Positions 21,358 to 33,005 of a stretch of DNA of 64,000 nt are shown here, one piece after another. The stretch spans positions 2,764 to 66,763 of the forward strand of contig CALGAD010000161.1 of the NCBI GenBank assembly GCA_937951955.1, read 5' to 3'. Below the pieces are notes generated by a model. That model ran no database searches. It had not been told where the DNA came from and saw only the letters and a program-made list of their open reading frames with translations. Source of the stretch: an uncultured Bacillaceae bacterium. Lineage in GTDB: Bacteria; Bacillota; Bacilli; Bacillales; Caldibacillaceae. Both the position numbers and the translations under genes were made by a program. Position 1 is the first letter of the stretch; each line of letters begins with the position of its first letter.

Positions 21358-21861
21358 TTAATCGGCTAGCTGAATTTCGAGATGGATTAACAAGTTTGTA
21401 TAAACGAGCATTTCTTTAACGACAAATTTATAGCGTTTATCATTGATTTTTATCGGTTTGTTTTCAATCGTTTTTTTGATGAGTTCCCGGCTGTTATATA
21501 CGAACTCCAAATCTTTGGCGAGGACGATCCGAATATCCTCCTTGATCGCCTCTTCTGCTTCGTATTTACTCAATGAATCGATTTTATATTTATCTGCATT
21601 GATAATTTTCACATCAATCGCCTGCACCGTCAGCTGCTCATTGTTTTTTTCATTGAGTTTTTGGAATTCTTCCTGCCAAATATTTTTTTCCTCTTCCAGG
21701 CTCTGGATTAACTCTTTTTGCATCTGAATCGTTGCCGCTTGCCTTTCCTGCAGTTCGCCGTAGATAAATAAAAGAACCAACCAGCCGACAATGCCACCAA
21801 TCACCGCACCGAAGAAAAAAATTTGCCACTGTCGCTTTTCGTAATAGGGCGGAATTCTCAT
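21358..21861 (-). CDS. ytrI: Sporulation membrane protein YtrI
   Basis: 167 aa with an N-terminal TM helix then a coiled coil. Starts 3 nt downstream of the ytrH stop and sits beside dnaE. Confidence 0.8.
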   Translation of the reverse strand: MRIPPYYEKRQWQIFFFGAVIGGIVGWLVLLFIYGELQERQAATIQMQKELIQSLEEEKNIWQEEFQKLNEKNNEQLTVQAIDVKIINADKYKIDSLSKYEAEEAIKEDIRIVLAKDLEFVYNSRELIKKTIENKPIKINDKRYKFVVKEMLVYTNLLIHLEIQLAD

Positions 21862-21864
21862 TTG

Positions 21865-22188
21865 TTATTCTCCCGTTAACCAGCTTATGATCAAGGATCC
21901 GGTTTGGGCGCCGCCGAGAGCCGCTAAAATCAAAAAGATTTGTTTGATTAATGAATCGGTCTCCCCTTGAATTAACCCGCGCTCAAAATTGTAAACCGCA
22001 TCAAAAGTCCCGCCAATGGCGGCGACGATGGCCCAAATGCGGAGACTGTCAGCTAAACGCTGAATTTCTGTCAAAGGGGGCTGTCCCAACAAAAATGCGG
22101 AAATCCCACCAATTAATGACCCACCGAGTAACACCCCAAGGGCGATGAAAAAACTATTGACAAATGTAGGGATAAATGCTTCGTTCAC
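21865..22188 (-). CDS. ytrH: Sporulation membrane protein YtrH
   Basis: 107 aa, Gly-rich, with four hydrophobic segments. GTG start. Divergent from dnaE, as in B. subtilis. Confidence 0.8.
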   Translation of the reverse strand: MNEAFIPTFVNSFFIALGVLLGGSLIGGISAFLLGQPPLTEIQRLADSLRIWAIVAAIGGTFDAVYNFERGLIQGETDSLIKQIFLILAALGGAQTGSLIISWLTGE

Positions 22189-22398
22189 ATGATCAACTCC
22201 AGCGGAGAATTAGCGTATTTTAGTAGAATCACATTTTTTTGAAGAGTAAAAAACTTGTCTACTATCACTATATGACTGGTTGCGATAATTATGATGATGC
22301 CGAAACTTTTTTTAGGGAAATGGGCATGACAGGGTAAATGTACTATAATGAAATCAAACAGGACAGTCTTGAATATTGGTAGAATGGTGGGAATATCA

Positions 22399-25300
22399 AT
22401 GGCTTTTGTTCATTTACATATATATAGTTCTTATTCCTTATTGCAGAGTACGCTCAGGCCAGAAGAACTGGTAAAATTGGCTCAGGAAAAAGGTTTTCAG
22501 GCACTCGCTCTCACCGATCGGAACGTCATGTACGGAGTGATTCCTTTTTATAAGGCTTGTTTAAAATCCGGCATTAAGCCGATTATCGGTTTAACGGCAG
22601 ATGTTTTAGGGGATGGGAACCATTCTTATCCAATGATTTTTCTTGCCAAAAATAATCAAGGGTTCCAAAATTTAATAAAAATATCGAGTGCGATTCAAAC
22701 AAAATCTCCGGAAGGGATCCCGCTTCAGTGGTTAAAACATTATGTGGAAGGTCTATTTGCAATTTCACCAGGGAAGGAAGGGGAAATCGAACAGCTCCTC
22801 CTGGCCGGGAAAAGTGAAGAGGCAAAGGAAAAAATTCGCATGTTTAAACAATTATTTGCTCCTTCTTCATTTTATTTATCGATCCAAAATTTTTCCTATA
22901 CAGAAGATCAACTTTTGCTGGAGCAAATTTTACGATGTGGCGAGGAACTGGATGTACCAGTAGTAGCCACGAATAAAACGTGTTACGGCGCTAAAGAGGA
23001 TTTTGATGCGTGGAAAGCCCTTGAAGCGATCCGCTTAAATACACTCATGAAAGACCTCGATCATTCGTATCTTGAAAAAGAATATTATTTTAAAAGTCGA
23101 AAAGAAATCGAGGAAATCTATAAAAATTATCCGGACCAGCTGGAAAATACAGTGCGGATTGCCGAACAATGTAACGTGGAAATTGCCTTTCATCAAGAAC
23201 TGTTGCCGAAATATCCCCTGGAAGCAAAAACGGCAGACGAATATTTGACGGAGCTTTGTGAAAAAGGTCTCCATGAACGGGTAGCCAATCCCACACCGGA
23301 ATACGAAAAAAGACTCCAGTATGAACTGGATGTTATTAAAAAGATGCAGTATAGCGATTATTTTCTTATTGTCTGGGATTTTGTTCAGTATGCGAAATCA
23401 CAGGGGATTACCGTCGGTCCTGGACGGGGGTCGGCTGCGGGGTCGCTTGTTTCTTATTGTCTCGGGATTACCGATGTCGATCCGATTCAATACAATTTGT
23501 TATTCGAGCGGTTTTTAAATCCGGAACGGGTTTCCATGCCGGATATCGATATTGATTTTCCTGATCATCGCCGCGATGAAGTGATCGAGTATGTTGCTGA
23601 AAAATACGGTCACAGCCATGTCGCTCAAATTATTACATTCGGAACGTTTCAAACAAAAGCGGCCTTAAGAGATGCCGGGCGTGTTCTCGGACTTGACAAT
23701 AAAGAACTGGACCAGGTTGCAAAAGCGGTCCCTGGTAAATTAGGCATCACCCTTGCGGAGGCACTGCATGAATCGAAGGAACTCGCCCAATTAGCGGGAC
23801 AGGAGCGTTACCGTAAAGTGTTTCAAATCGCCAGAAAAATCGAAGGACTGCCCCGCCACACATCAACCCATGCCGCCGGAGTGATTATTAGCGACCGGCC
23901 ATTAGTCGAGATCATTCCTTTAGAGCGGGGGACTGGCGAGATTTTATTGACCCAGTACCCGATGGAAATTTTGGAAGAGCTCGGTTTATTGAAAATGGAC
24001 TTTTTAGGTCTACGCAATTTGACCTTAATCGAATCCGTACTGCAATCGATTCGCTATCGGGAAGGAAAAGAAATTGATCTTGGCGAAATCCCGCTGGATG
24101 ATGAAAAAACGTTTCAATTATTACAACGCGGGGATACAACGGGTGTGTTCCAGCTGGAATCAGCCGGTATGCGGGATGTGCTCCGGCAGTTAAAACCGAC
24201 GGATTTTGAGGATATCGTTGCGGTACTGGCCCTGTACCGACCGGGACCGATGCAAAACATCCCTGTATATATAAACAGGAAACATGGGAAAGAACCGGTA
24301 CATTATCCCCATCCTGATTTAGAAGATATCTTAGTAAAAACATATGGTGTCATCGTTTATCAAGAACAGATCATGCAAATTGCTTCAAAAATGGCCGGTT
24401 TCACCCTGGGGGAAGCGGATTTGCTGAGACGTGCGGTCTCCAAGAAAAACCGGGAAATACTGGATAAAGAACGGGCTCATTTTGTAAAAGGCGCTCTGGA
24501 AAAGGGCTATTCGGAAGAAGTCGCCAATCATATATACGATTTAATTGTTCGATTCGCTGATTACGGATTTAACCGGAACCATGCGGTACCATACAGTATG
24601 ATCGCCTATCAAATGGCTTATTTAAAAGCCCACTATCCCCTTTATTTCTTTAGTGCACTTTTAACATCGGTCATCGGCAATGAAGAGAAAACGAGCCAGT
24701 ATATCCGGGAAGTGAAAAAATTAGGCTTTACTGTAAAAAGTCCATCGATCAATAAAAGCGGTTATCGGTATGAAGTAGAATCCGATGGCTTACGGTTTAG
24801 TCTCGCTGCCATCAAAGGGGTCGGTTATCAGGCATTAAAAGAGATTTTACGGGCCCGGAAAGACAGACCGTTTACAGATTTATTTGATTTCTGTATCCGG
24901 GTTTCATTAAAAACGGTCAACCGGAAAATTATCGAGCGCCTCATTTATTCGGGTAGCATGGACGAATTCGGTGTCGATCGGGCGGTACTATTAGCGTCCA
25001 TTGACGTGGCGATCAATCATGCCCAGCTATTGAAGCCAGAAGACGATCAGATGAACCTGTTGTTCAATGATGGTCTGAACCTGAAACCGAAGTATGTGGA
25101 AGTAGAGCCGATTCCACTGGAAGATAAATTAAATAATGAAAAACTCGTACTCGGGCTCTTTTTATCGGAACATCCGGCAGGCATTCACCGGAAAGTGTTC
25201 ATGCTAAATGGAGCAGTTCTTATCGAAGAGTTGAAAGCAGAGAGAAAAATAAAACAGATCGGTGTGTTTATTTCGGATGAACGGAAAATCCGGACGAAAA

Positions 25301-25737
25301 CCGGGCAAGCGATGTCCTTTTTAGAAATCAGTGATGAAAGCGGCGATCTATCTGCGGTAGTGTTTCCCGATGTGTATCGCAAATATTTGCGCATCTTGAA
25401 AAAGGGAGCCGTCGTCTTATTATCCGGTTATTTAGAATACCGAAAAGGAAAGGAACAGTTTGTTGTTCAGGAGGCAAAAGATTTTTCGGAACTAACACAA
25501 CCCGGGGAAGGGGTGCGCCTTTTTTTACGCATCACCAGATATTTAGAAACAAAGACCATTTTAGAAGAATTGAAAAGTGCCATTCGTCAACATCCCGGGA
25601 ATACGAGAGTCGTCCTTTTTTACGAACGAACGAATAAACTGATCCAGCTTTCCGATCATTATCGGATTGATCTCGATAGCGATGGTATTTATGCTTTGCG
25701 CAACATCCTCGGTCCTGAAAATGTCCGCATTCATTGA
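22399..25737 (+). CDS. dnaE: DNA polymerase III alpha subunit DnaE
   Basis: PHP domain FVHLHIYSSYSLL, PDIDIDF, and OB-fold C-terminus. ATG 22399 follows GGTGGGA; the ORF-track start 22348 adds 17 non-conserved residues. Confidence 0.96.
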   Translation: MAFVHLHIYSSYSLLQSTLRPEELVKLAQEKGFQALALTDRNVMYGVIPFYKACLKSGIKPIIGLTADVLGDGNHSYPMIFLAKNNQGFQNLIKISSAIQTKSPEGIPLQWLKHYVEGLFAISPGKEGEIEQLLLAGKSEEAKEKIRMFKQLFAPSSFYLSIQNFSYTEDQLLLEQILRCGEELDVPVVATNKTCYGAKEDFDAWKALEAIRLNTLMKDLDHSYLEKEYYFKSRKEIEEIYKNYPDQLENTVRIAEQCNVEIAFHQELLPKYPLEAKTADEYLTELCEKGLHERVANPTPEYEKRLQYELDVIKKMQYSDYFLIVWDFVQYAKSQGITVGPGRGSAAGSLVSYCLGITDVDPIQYNLLFERFLNPERVSMPDIDIDFPDHRRDEVIEYVAEKYGHSHVAQIITFGTFQTKAALRDAGRVLGLDNKELDQVAKAVPGKLGITLAEALHESKELAQLAGQERYRKVFQIARKIEGLPRHTSTHAAGVIISDRPLVEIIPLERGTGEILLTQYPMEILEELGLLKMDFLGLRNLTLIESVLQSIRYREGKEIDLGEIPLDDEKTFQLLQRGDTTGVFQLESAGMRDVLRQLKPTDFEDIVAVLALYRPGPMQNIPVYINRKHGKEPVHYPHPDLEDILVKTYGVIVYQEQIMQIASKMAGFTLGEADLLRRAVSKKNREILDKERAHFVKGALEKGYSEEVANHIYDLIVRFADYGFNRNHAVPYSMIAYQMAYLKAHYPLYFFSALLTSVIGNEEKTSQYIREVKKLGFTVKSPSINKSGYRYEVESDGLRFSLAAIKGVGYQALKEILRARKDRPFTDLFDFCIRVSLKTVNRKIIERLIYSGSMDEFGVDRAVLLASIDVAINHAQLLKPEDDQMNLLFNDGLNLKPKYVEVEPIPLEDKLNNEKLVLGLFLSEHPAGIHRKVFMLNGAVLIEELKAERKIKQIGVFISDERKIRTKTGQAMSFLEISDESGDLSAVVFPDVYRKYLRILKKGAVVLLSGYLEYRKGKEQFVVQEAKDFSELTQPGEGVRLFLRITRYLETKTILEELKSAIRQHPGNTRVVLFYERTNKLIQLSDHYRIDLDSDGIYALRNILGPENVRIH

Positions 25738-25753
25738 TGCGGACATTTTTTTA
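25718..25753 (+). terminator. dnaE terminator (overlaps the stop codon)
   Basis: AAATGTCCGCAT / ATGCGGACATTT stem followed by TTTTTT. Confidence 0.8.
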
Positions 25754-25763
25754 TTAAAAAAGG

Positions 25764-25791
25764 TTTACAGAGAAAAAAATTATGTTATTAT
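25764..25791 (+). promoter_or_regulatory. Sigma-A-type promoter with extended -10 upstream of a structured leader
   Basis: TTTACA (25764-25769), 16 nt spacer, TGt-TATTAT (25783-25791). Confidence 0.5.
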
Positions 25792-25806
25792 ATAAAATAA
25801 CTCAGG

Positions 25807-25817
25807 TGGTCAGACCA
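25807..25817. promoter_or_regulatory. Candidate GntR/FadR-type operator palindrome
   Basis: Perfect inverted repeat TGGTC-A-GACCA about 10 nt downstream of the predicted transcription start. It has the GT-N-AC core typical of GntR-family sites. Confidence 0.3.
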
Positions 25818-25843
25818 TTGATGGAAAATTGATCGCCTGTAAT

Positions 25844-25919
25844 CTGGACTGTATGGTGCGGTATGGAAATGGCTATATTGTAGCCGGAGGAACTTTCCGC
25901 CACAGTCTGGCTTTTTTTT
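25844..25919 (+). terminator. Long imperfect hairpin plus U8: leader or sRNA terminator upstream of the GntR gene
   Basis: CTGGACTGT/ACAGTCTGG, GCGG/CCGC and GGCTA/TAGCC stems, then T8 (25912-25919). Confidence 0.5.
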
Positions 25920-25937
25920 GTATGTAGCGGAGGATAG

Positions 25938-26561
25938 GTGAAGGATGAGATGAAAAAAGAAGGTAATGCTTCGAAAATTTATTTGATGATTGTCGAAAAA
26001 ATCCGCGATTTGATTGAAGAAAATGGTCTCGGACCTGGGGATCGCCTTCCTTCCGAACGAGAATTATCCGACACATTAAAGGTCGGTCGTTCTTCGGTAC
26101 GCGAAGCCTTTCGTTCCCTGGAATTATTAGGGTTAATTGAAACGAGAAAGGGAGAAGGAACGTTTATTTCCGACTTCCGCAACCACCGGCTCGTGGAAAT
26201 TTTAAGTAAATTTATTTTAAATAATAAAAAATCACGGGACGACGTCATCGAAACGAAAGAAATGCTCGAGTTAGCCGGTTTATTGTTATTGATAAGAAAA
26301 AAAGGGAAAATCGAACCAGTCCTTTTTGAAAATGTGGATACGCTGGAGCGGGATGTGTATTTTAAAAATGTATTTCAACAAGCCAATAATCGCCTCTTAT
26401 ATAAAATCTGGCATTTAGTCACGAATTTTAAAAATACAATTCATGACGAAGATAGTTTTCTTTCGGCCAGGACATTGAAGGAATTAACCGAAGCGTTAAA
26501 CAAAGGGGCTGAGCACCAAGTTCTGGAGACGTATTATCTTCACTTTTTGGACAAACAATAG
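25938..26561 (+). CDS. GntR-family transcriptional regulator with FCD-type C-terminal domain
   Basis: Winged HTH LPSERELSDTLKVGRSSVREAFRSLELLGLIETRKGEGTFI. Start is ambiguous (GTG 25938 or ATG 25950). Confidence 0.88.
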   Translation: MKDEMKKEGNASKIYLMIVEKIRDLIEENGLGPGDRLPSERELSDTLKVGRSSVREAFRSLELLGLIETRKGEGTFISDFRNHRLVEILSKFILNNKKSRDDVIETKEMLELAGLLLLIRKKGKIEPVLFENVDTLERDVYFKNVFQQANNRLLYKIWHLVTNFKNTIHDEDSFLSARTLKELTEALNKGAEHQVLETYYLHFLDKQ

Positions 26562-26674
26562 TCCCAATCTTTATAAAAAAACGTATTTTAGGCAAATTTC
26601 TACAACATTTGTACGCTGTATAGGATAAAGTAAAAACAGGCTGTTCTTGTCAACAAAACAAGGGAGGATGGACC

Positions 26675-27544
26675 TTGATTAAAGATATTTTTTCAAAAAA
26701 CAAACGGAATTATGCAAAAATACCGGCAGATTCTGCCAAAAGAGATATTCCGGAAGGGATCATGACGAAATGTCCGGTATGTAAAAAAATCATGTTTACG
26801 AAGGAATTAGAGAAAAATTTGAAGGTTTGCCTTCATTGCGAACACCATTTTCCGATGAGTGCGAAAGAAAGAATCGCAAGCATCGTCGATGAGGGTTCCT
26901 TCGTAGAACTGGATAAAAACATGGTTTCTCTCAATCCGTTAAACTTTCCAGAATATGAAGAGAAATTGAAAAAAGATCAGGAGAAGACAAAAATTCTTGA
27001 AGCGGTAGTGACGGGTACCGGTTCGATTAGAGGATATGAAACGGCACTTGCCGTGATGGATTCCAACTTCCGTATGGGGAGTATGGGCTCGGTCGTCGGA
27101 GAAAAATTAAAACGTCTCGTTGAAAAAGCGGATGAGCTGAAAATTCCTCTGATTATTTTCGCAGCATCAGGTGGTGCCCGGATGCAAGAAGGAGTTTTAA
27201 GCTTGATGCAGATGGCTAAAGTCAGTGTTGCCTTGAAAAAATTTAGTACGAACGGCGGCCTGTACATATCGGTGATGACCCATCCTACCACTGGTGGTGT
27301 ATCGGCTAGTTTTGCCTCTCTCGGGGATTATAATTTTGCCGAACCGAAGGCTTTGATCGGATTTGCCGGAAGGCGGGTCATTGAGCAGACCATTCGCGAA
27401 AAACTCCCTGACGATTTCCAGACAGCAGAGTTTTTATTAAAACACGGGCAACTAGATGCGGTCATCCATCGCAAGGACTTACGCGATAAACTCGCTTTCT
27501 TATTAGAGCTACATCGAAATGGCGGTGATCGAGATGAAGCTTGA
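26675..27544 (+). CDS. accD: Acetyl-CoA carboxylase carboxyltransferase beta subunit
   Basis: Zinc ribbon CPVCKK...CLHCEHH and carboxyltransferase core. TTG start after GGGAGGA. Confidence 0.95.
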   Translation: MIKDIFSKNKRNYAKIPADSAKRDIPEGIMTKCPVCKKIMFTKELEKNLKVCLHCEHHFPMSAKERIASIVDEGSFVELDKNMVSLNPLNFPEYEEKLKKDQEKTKILEAVVTGTGSIRGYETALAVMDSNFRMGSMGSVVGEKLKRLVEKADELKIPLIIFAASGGARMQEGVLSLMQMAKVSVALKKFSTNGGLYISVMTHPTTGGVSASFASLGDYNFAEPKALIGFAGRRVIEQTIREKLPDDFQTAEFLLKHGQLDAVIHRKDLRDKLAFLLELHRNGGDRDEA

Positions 27545-28493
27545 GCTGGAATTTGAAAAGCCGATTAATAATTTGCGGAAAAAGATTGATGAATTAAAAG
27601 AAATCACCAAAGATGCGGATGTCGATTTATCGACGGAAATACAAAAACTGGAAGAGCGATTGCATCGCCTGGAAAAAGAAGTTTATGAAAACTTAAAACC
27701 GTGGGATCGGGTGCAAATATCCCGTCATCCGGAGCGTCCGACCACACTTGATTATGTTTCTTATTTATTTGAAGACTTTTTCGAGCTGCACGGGGACCGT
27801 GTTTTTGGTGATGATCAAGCGATCGTTGGCGGGATTGCCAGATATAAAGGGATACCGGTAACGGTTATCGGTCAACAACGGGGGAAGGATACGAAGGAAA
27901 ATATACAAAGAAATTTCGGAATGCCCCATCCCGAAGGTTACCGCAAAGCATTGCGACTGATGAAACAGGCCGATAAATTCAAGCGCCCGATTGTCACGTT
28001 TATCGATACGAAAGGCGCCTACCCTGGTAAAGATGCAGAAGAGCGGGGACAAAGTGAGGCGATTGCGAAAAATTTAATGGAGATGGGCGGCTTGCGCGTT
28101 CCTGTCATCTGTATCGTAATCGGTGAAGGGGGAAGCGGAGGTGCGCTCGGGCTCGGTGTCGGCAATCGTATTTTAATGCTGGAAAACGCCACATATTCCG
28201 TTATTTCACCGGAAGGAGCGGCGTCGATTCTCTGGAAGGATGCTGCTCTAGCAAAAAAAGCGGCCGAATCCTTGAAAATTACGGCGCATGATTTGAAAAA
28301 ACTGGATATCATCGATGAAATTATCCCGGAAGTGTGGGGAGGCGCTCATAAAAATCCTGAAAAACAGGCTGAACTGATTGATCAAGCGTTAGAAAAAGAG
28401 TTCTTTTCTTTATTGGAATTGTCGGAAGAACAATTAATCGAACAGCGCTATGAAAAGTTTGCAAAAATCGGTCAATTTACGTTTAAAGATTAA
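27534..28493 (+). CDS. accA: Acetyl-CoA carboxylase carboxyltransferase alpha subunit
   Basis: LEFEKP N-terminus like B. subtilis AccA, and [13 protein letters not shown] 27534 overlaps the accD end by 11 nt. Confidence 0.95.
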   Translation: MKLELEFEKPINNLRKKIDELKEITKDADVDLSTEIQKLEERLHRLEKEVYENLKPWDRVQISRHPERPTTLDYVSYLFEDFFELHGDRVFGDDQAIVGGIARYKGIPVTVIGQQRGKDTKENIQRNFGMPHPEGYRKALRLMKQADKFKRPIVTFIDTKGAYPGKDAEERGQSEAIAKNLMEMGGLRVPVICIVIGEGGSGGALGLGVGNRILMLENATYSVISPEGAASILWKDAALAKKAAESLKITAHDLKKLDIIDEIIPEVWGGAHKNPEKQAELIDQALEKEFFSLLELSEEQLIEQRYEKFAKIGQFTFKD

Positions 28494-28500
28494 AAATGAG

Positions 28501-28530
28501 GAAAACGTGCCATTTCGGCACGTTTTTTTG
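28501..28530 (+). terminator. accA terminator
   Basis: AAAACGTGCC / GGCACGTTTT stem followed by TTT. Confidence 0.85.
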
Positions 28531-28828
28531 ATATTTAATAAATAAATCGTTTTAAAAAAAGAATACTAAGGATATCGAAAAGAATGTTTTTTGACTTAAT
28601 GTAAATTTTTATTCGAAAAAACCCATCGTATTTTTTCCAAATTTTGATATAATGGAGTTTGCTATATCCAAAAACTTCCTCTATCCGTGAATTCGATTTC
28701 CTCTTAAATAGAAAACTCGCGAAGATCATCATGCCAGTGTGTTAAATATTTAGTAAAACTTTGGGAATGTATTGAGTTTCAAACTGAAGAATGATATGTT
28801 AATTTCGTAACAATAAATGGAAACGTGA

Positions 28829-29803
<975 letters not shown>

Positions 29804-29824
29804 TATGCTTTAGGAGGAAATTTA

Positions 29825-31585
29825 ATGAGGAAAACAAAAATTGTTTGTACGATTGGTCCTGCAAGTGAATCGGTAGAAACACTTGTCCAATTGATCGAAG
29901 CTGGTATGAATGTGGCCCGGCTCAATTTCTCCCACGGTGATTATGAAGAACACGGAAATCGCATTAAAAATATCCGGGAAGCAGAAAAAATCACCGGGAA
30001 AAATGTTGCTATTTTATTAGACACGAAAGGGCCGGAAATTCGCACGCATAGAATGGAAAATGATGGCATTGAATTGAAGGCCGGAAATGAAATTTCCATC
30101 TCTATGGAAGAAGTATTGGGAACAGAAGAAAAATTTTCCGTTACATATTCAGGACTTATTAATGATGTGCATATTGGTACAAAAATTTTACTCGATGATG
30201 GATTGATCGAGCTTGAAGTTATCGATATCGATAAAGGGAAAAATGAGATCAGAACACGCATTTTAAACAATGGTGTGCTGAAAAACAAAAAAGGCGTCAA
30301 CGTCCCGGGAGTATCGATTAATTTACCGGGAATTACAAAGAAAGATGCTAACGATATTATTTTCGGAATTGAAAATGATATTGATTTTATCGCTGCATCT
30401 TTCGTGCGCCGTCCATCTGATGTATTAGAAATCCGCGAGATACTAGAAAAGTATAACGCTGAGCATATTCAAATCATTCCTAAAATTGAAAACCAGGAAG
30501 GCGTCGACAATATCGAACAGATTTTATCCGTCAGTGACGGTTTAATGGTCGCCCGGGGCGATTTAGGGGTAGAAATTCCGGCAGAAGAGGTACCGCTTGT
30601 CCAAAAATTGTTAATTCAAAAATGCAATAAGTATGGAAAACCGGTTATTACCGCAACCCAAATGCTCGATTCGATGCAGAGAAATCCTCGTCCGACAAGA
30701 GCCGAGGCCAGTGACGTTGCAAACGCCATTTTTGATGGTACCGATGCAATTATGCTATCTGGGGAAACAGCTGCGGGATTATATCCAGTGGAAGCTGTTC
30801 GTACGATGCATCGCATAGCTCTTAAAGCAGAAAGTGCTTTGAATAACAAAGAAATTTTATCTGCTCGCAGCAAAGAAACAGAACATAACATGACCGATGC
30901 AATTTGTCAATCGGTTGCTCATACTGTCATCAATCTGGACATCGATGCCATTATTACACCGACGGAAAGTGGCTATACGACACGCAACATTTCGAAATAC
31001 CGTCCGAAAGCACCGATTATTGCTGTTACAAGTCAGCCGAAAACATATAAACAGCTTTCACTCGTATGGGGTGTACTCCCCTGCTTGAGCAAACGTTGTA
31101 CGACCACGGATGAAATGCTTGATGAGTCGATCCAGGTCGCATTGAACACTGGTTTAGTTAAACACGGTGACCGCGTTGTCATCACTGCCGGTGTGCCGGT
31201 TGGTGAGGCTGGAACAACCAACATGATGAAAATTCATGTGGTCGGAAATGTCCTGGCAAAAGGTCAAGGCATTGGTAGAAAAACGACTTTCGGTAAGGTA
31301 GTTGTTGCCAAAAATGCCGCAGAAGCAATGGAAAAAGTAACCGATGGTTCAATTCTCGTAACGACCGCCACGGATAGCGAAATGGTGAAAGTCATTGAAA
31401 AATGTAGTGCTCTTGTCACTGTTCAAGGTGGCTTGACAAGCCATGCCGCTGTAGTTGGCTTGAATCTCGGAATTCCGGTCATCGTCGGCGTAGAAAATGC
31501 TTTAGACGTCTTAAAAGACGGACTGGAAGTAACTGTTGATGCAGCAGGTGGCGTGATTTATGAAGGTCACGCAAGCGTATTGTAA
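29825..31585 (+). CDS. pyk: Pyruvate kinase with C-terminal PEP-utilizer mobile domain
   Basis: [14 protein letters not shown] start. C-terminal TSHAAVVG phosphohistidine-type domain typical of Bacillus Pyk. Confidence 0.96.
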   Translation: MRKTKIVCTIGPASESVETLVQLIEAGMNVARLNFSHGDYEEHGNRIKNIREAEKITGKNVAILLDTKGPEIRTHRMENDGIELKAGNEISISMEEVLGTEEKFSVTYSGLINDVHIGTKILLDDGLIELEVIDIDKGKNEIRTRILNNGVLKNKKGVNVPGVSINLPGITKKDANDIIFGIENDIDFIAASFVRRPSDVLEIREILEKYNAEHIQIIPKIENQEGVDNIEQILSVSDGLMVARGDLGVEIPAEEVPLVQKLLIQKCNKYGKPVITATQMLDSMQRNPRPTRAEASDVANAIFDGTDAIMLSGETAAGLYPVEAVRTMHRIALKAESALNNKEILSARSKETEHNMTDAICQSVAHTVINLDIDAIITPTESGYTTRNISKYRPKAPIIAVTSQPKTYKQLSLVWGVLPCLSKRCTTTDEMLDESIQVALNTGLVKHGDRVVITAGVPVGEAGTTNMMKIHVVGNVLAKGQGIGRKTTFGKVVVAKNAAEAMEKVTDGSILVTTATDSEMVKVIEKCSALVTVQGGLTSHAAVVGLNLGIPVIVGVENALDVLKDGLEVTVDAAGGVIYEGHASVL

Positions 31586-31593
31586 ACTTCAGG

Positions 31594-31628
31594 AAAAAAA
31601 GGGATCGGGCGCTGTCCGATCCTTTTTC
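31594..31628 (+). terminator. pyk terminator
   Basis: AAAGGGATCGG / CCGATCCTTT stem followed by TTC. Confidence 0.75.
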
Positions 31629-31865
31629 ATTAGAAAAGGCTAATCTTTAACGAATTTCGATGAGATTTTAAATGAAGAATTATTTCATCTAGAGAAGTAT
31701 CTTTTTCACTTGCTTTCATTCATTTCCTAACAAATTCCTTCTTTAATCATTCATATAAATCAATTTTCACTTTATATTTTCCTCAATCGATCCTACGACA
31801 ATCAAGAACATATAGTTGTGAAAAAACTAATCACCTTTGGTTATTTTTTTATAAGCATATGTTTC

Positions 31866-33005
31866 TTATCCGCCTTGAATATATTTCCATAAATCTGAAA
31901 AGATGCCGGCTTTATAGATCGCCTGAATCAAGACAAATAGTGCCGGTGCAAGGATAATGCCGAGAAAGCCGAGCAATTTCCAGCCGATAAATATACTTAA
32001 TAATGTTGCGAGAGGATTCATCCCGATATTCGTTGAGACGATTTTCGGTTCAATGAATTGCCTTGTAACGATCACAACGACATAAAGAACAAAAAGACCG
32101 ATCGCCATCGGATGATTGTGAATCAGCCATTCATAAATGATCCAGGGAATAAAAACGATGCCTGTTCCGAGAAACGGAATGAGATCGACAATACCGATCA
32201 TGAGTGCCGAGGTAAATGGATATTGGACTTTTAAAATAAGTAAACCGGAAAATACAATCATGGTGGAAATAAAAATAATGATAAATTGGGCGCGAATATA
32301 GCCAAAAAGGGCAGCACGCAAATCATAAAATATTTTTAATCCCCGTTGTTTGAAACGATCGGGCAAGAAACGACCGAATAATTGTTTAATCCTGTACCAG
32401 TCTTTACTAATTAAAAAAGTAGCTATAATCATGAAAATAATCGATGTAAACGCTTTTGGAAGCCAGGACAGGAATCCGGTAATTTTTGATAGTGCTGTTT
32501 GCATGAACAATCCGGCACTTCCTAATAAATTTGTAAGGATATCATTCAACTGGGTTGTTATTGTATTGTGCTCTCGATTTTCCAGACCGATTAATTGATC
32601 GATCAATTGTTGTATTTTGGGGAACAACGTAGTTATAAAAACATGTTCTATGGTCGAAAGGATTTCCTGGAGCTGCTGTGGGGCATGTTTGGACAAATAT
32701 TCGGTAATGGCGAATAACTCGGCTATTAATAAAGTGATTGTGCCCGTTATGATACACAGGATACCGCACAGGACGAGTAAAACGGCTAAACCACGGGGCA
32801 GACGAGCAGAATATTGTAAAAAGTTTACAAATGGGTTCATGATCAAAGCGATTAACCAGGCAATCAGGAACGGAAAAATCAAAGTTGATAAATAAAACGC
32901 AGCGATTGTAAAACCACTCACGGATACAATAACGATGATCAACCTTTTTAGCATTTCGAAATTCATCATAGAAAATCCAGGCATCCCCCTTGCGAAAAAA
33001 ATCAA
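31866..33005 (-). CDS. ytvI: Sporulation integral membrane protein YtvI (AI-2E / PerM transporter family)
   Basis: Multi-TM protein in the syntenic position between pyk and citZ. Start is uncertain (TTG 33005, or ATGs at 32984, 32969 or 32966) because no clear RBS is present. Confidence 0.8.
   Translation of the reverse strand: MIFFARGMPGFSMMNFEMLKRLIIVIVSVSGFTIAAFYLSTLIFPFLIAWLIALIMNPFVNFLQYSARLPRGLAVLLVLCGILCIITGTITLLIAELFAITEYLSKHAPQQLQEILSTIEHVFITTLFPKIQQLIDQLIGLENREHNTITTQLNDILTNLLGSAGLFMQTALSKITGFLSWLPKAFTSIIFMIIATFLISKDWYRIKQLFGRFLPDRFKQRGLKIFYDLRAALFGYIRAQFIIIFISTMIVFSGLLILKVQYPFTSALMIGIVDLIPFLGTGIVFIPWIIYEWLIHNHPMAIGLFVLYVVVIVTRQFIEPKIVSTNIGMNPLATLLSIFIGWKLLGFLGIILAPALFVLIQAIYKAGIFSDLWKYIQGG

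Noticed and set aside
23912-24343. 143-aa minus-strand ORF inside dnaE, plus similar antisense ORFs in thrS (55924-56370, 56049-56348), pfkA (29026-29448), infC (57955-58353) and ald (15150-15500).
   Set aside because: All lie antisense to highly conserved coding sequence. They have Pro/Arg/Ser-biased composition typical of reverse-frame artefacts and lack Shine-Dalgarno sequences.
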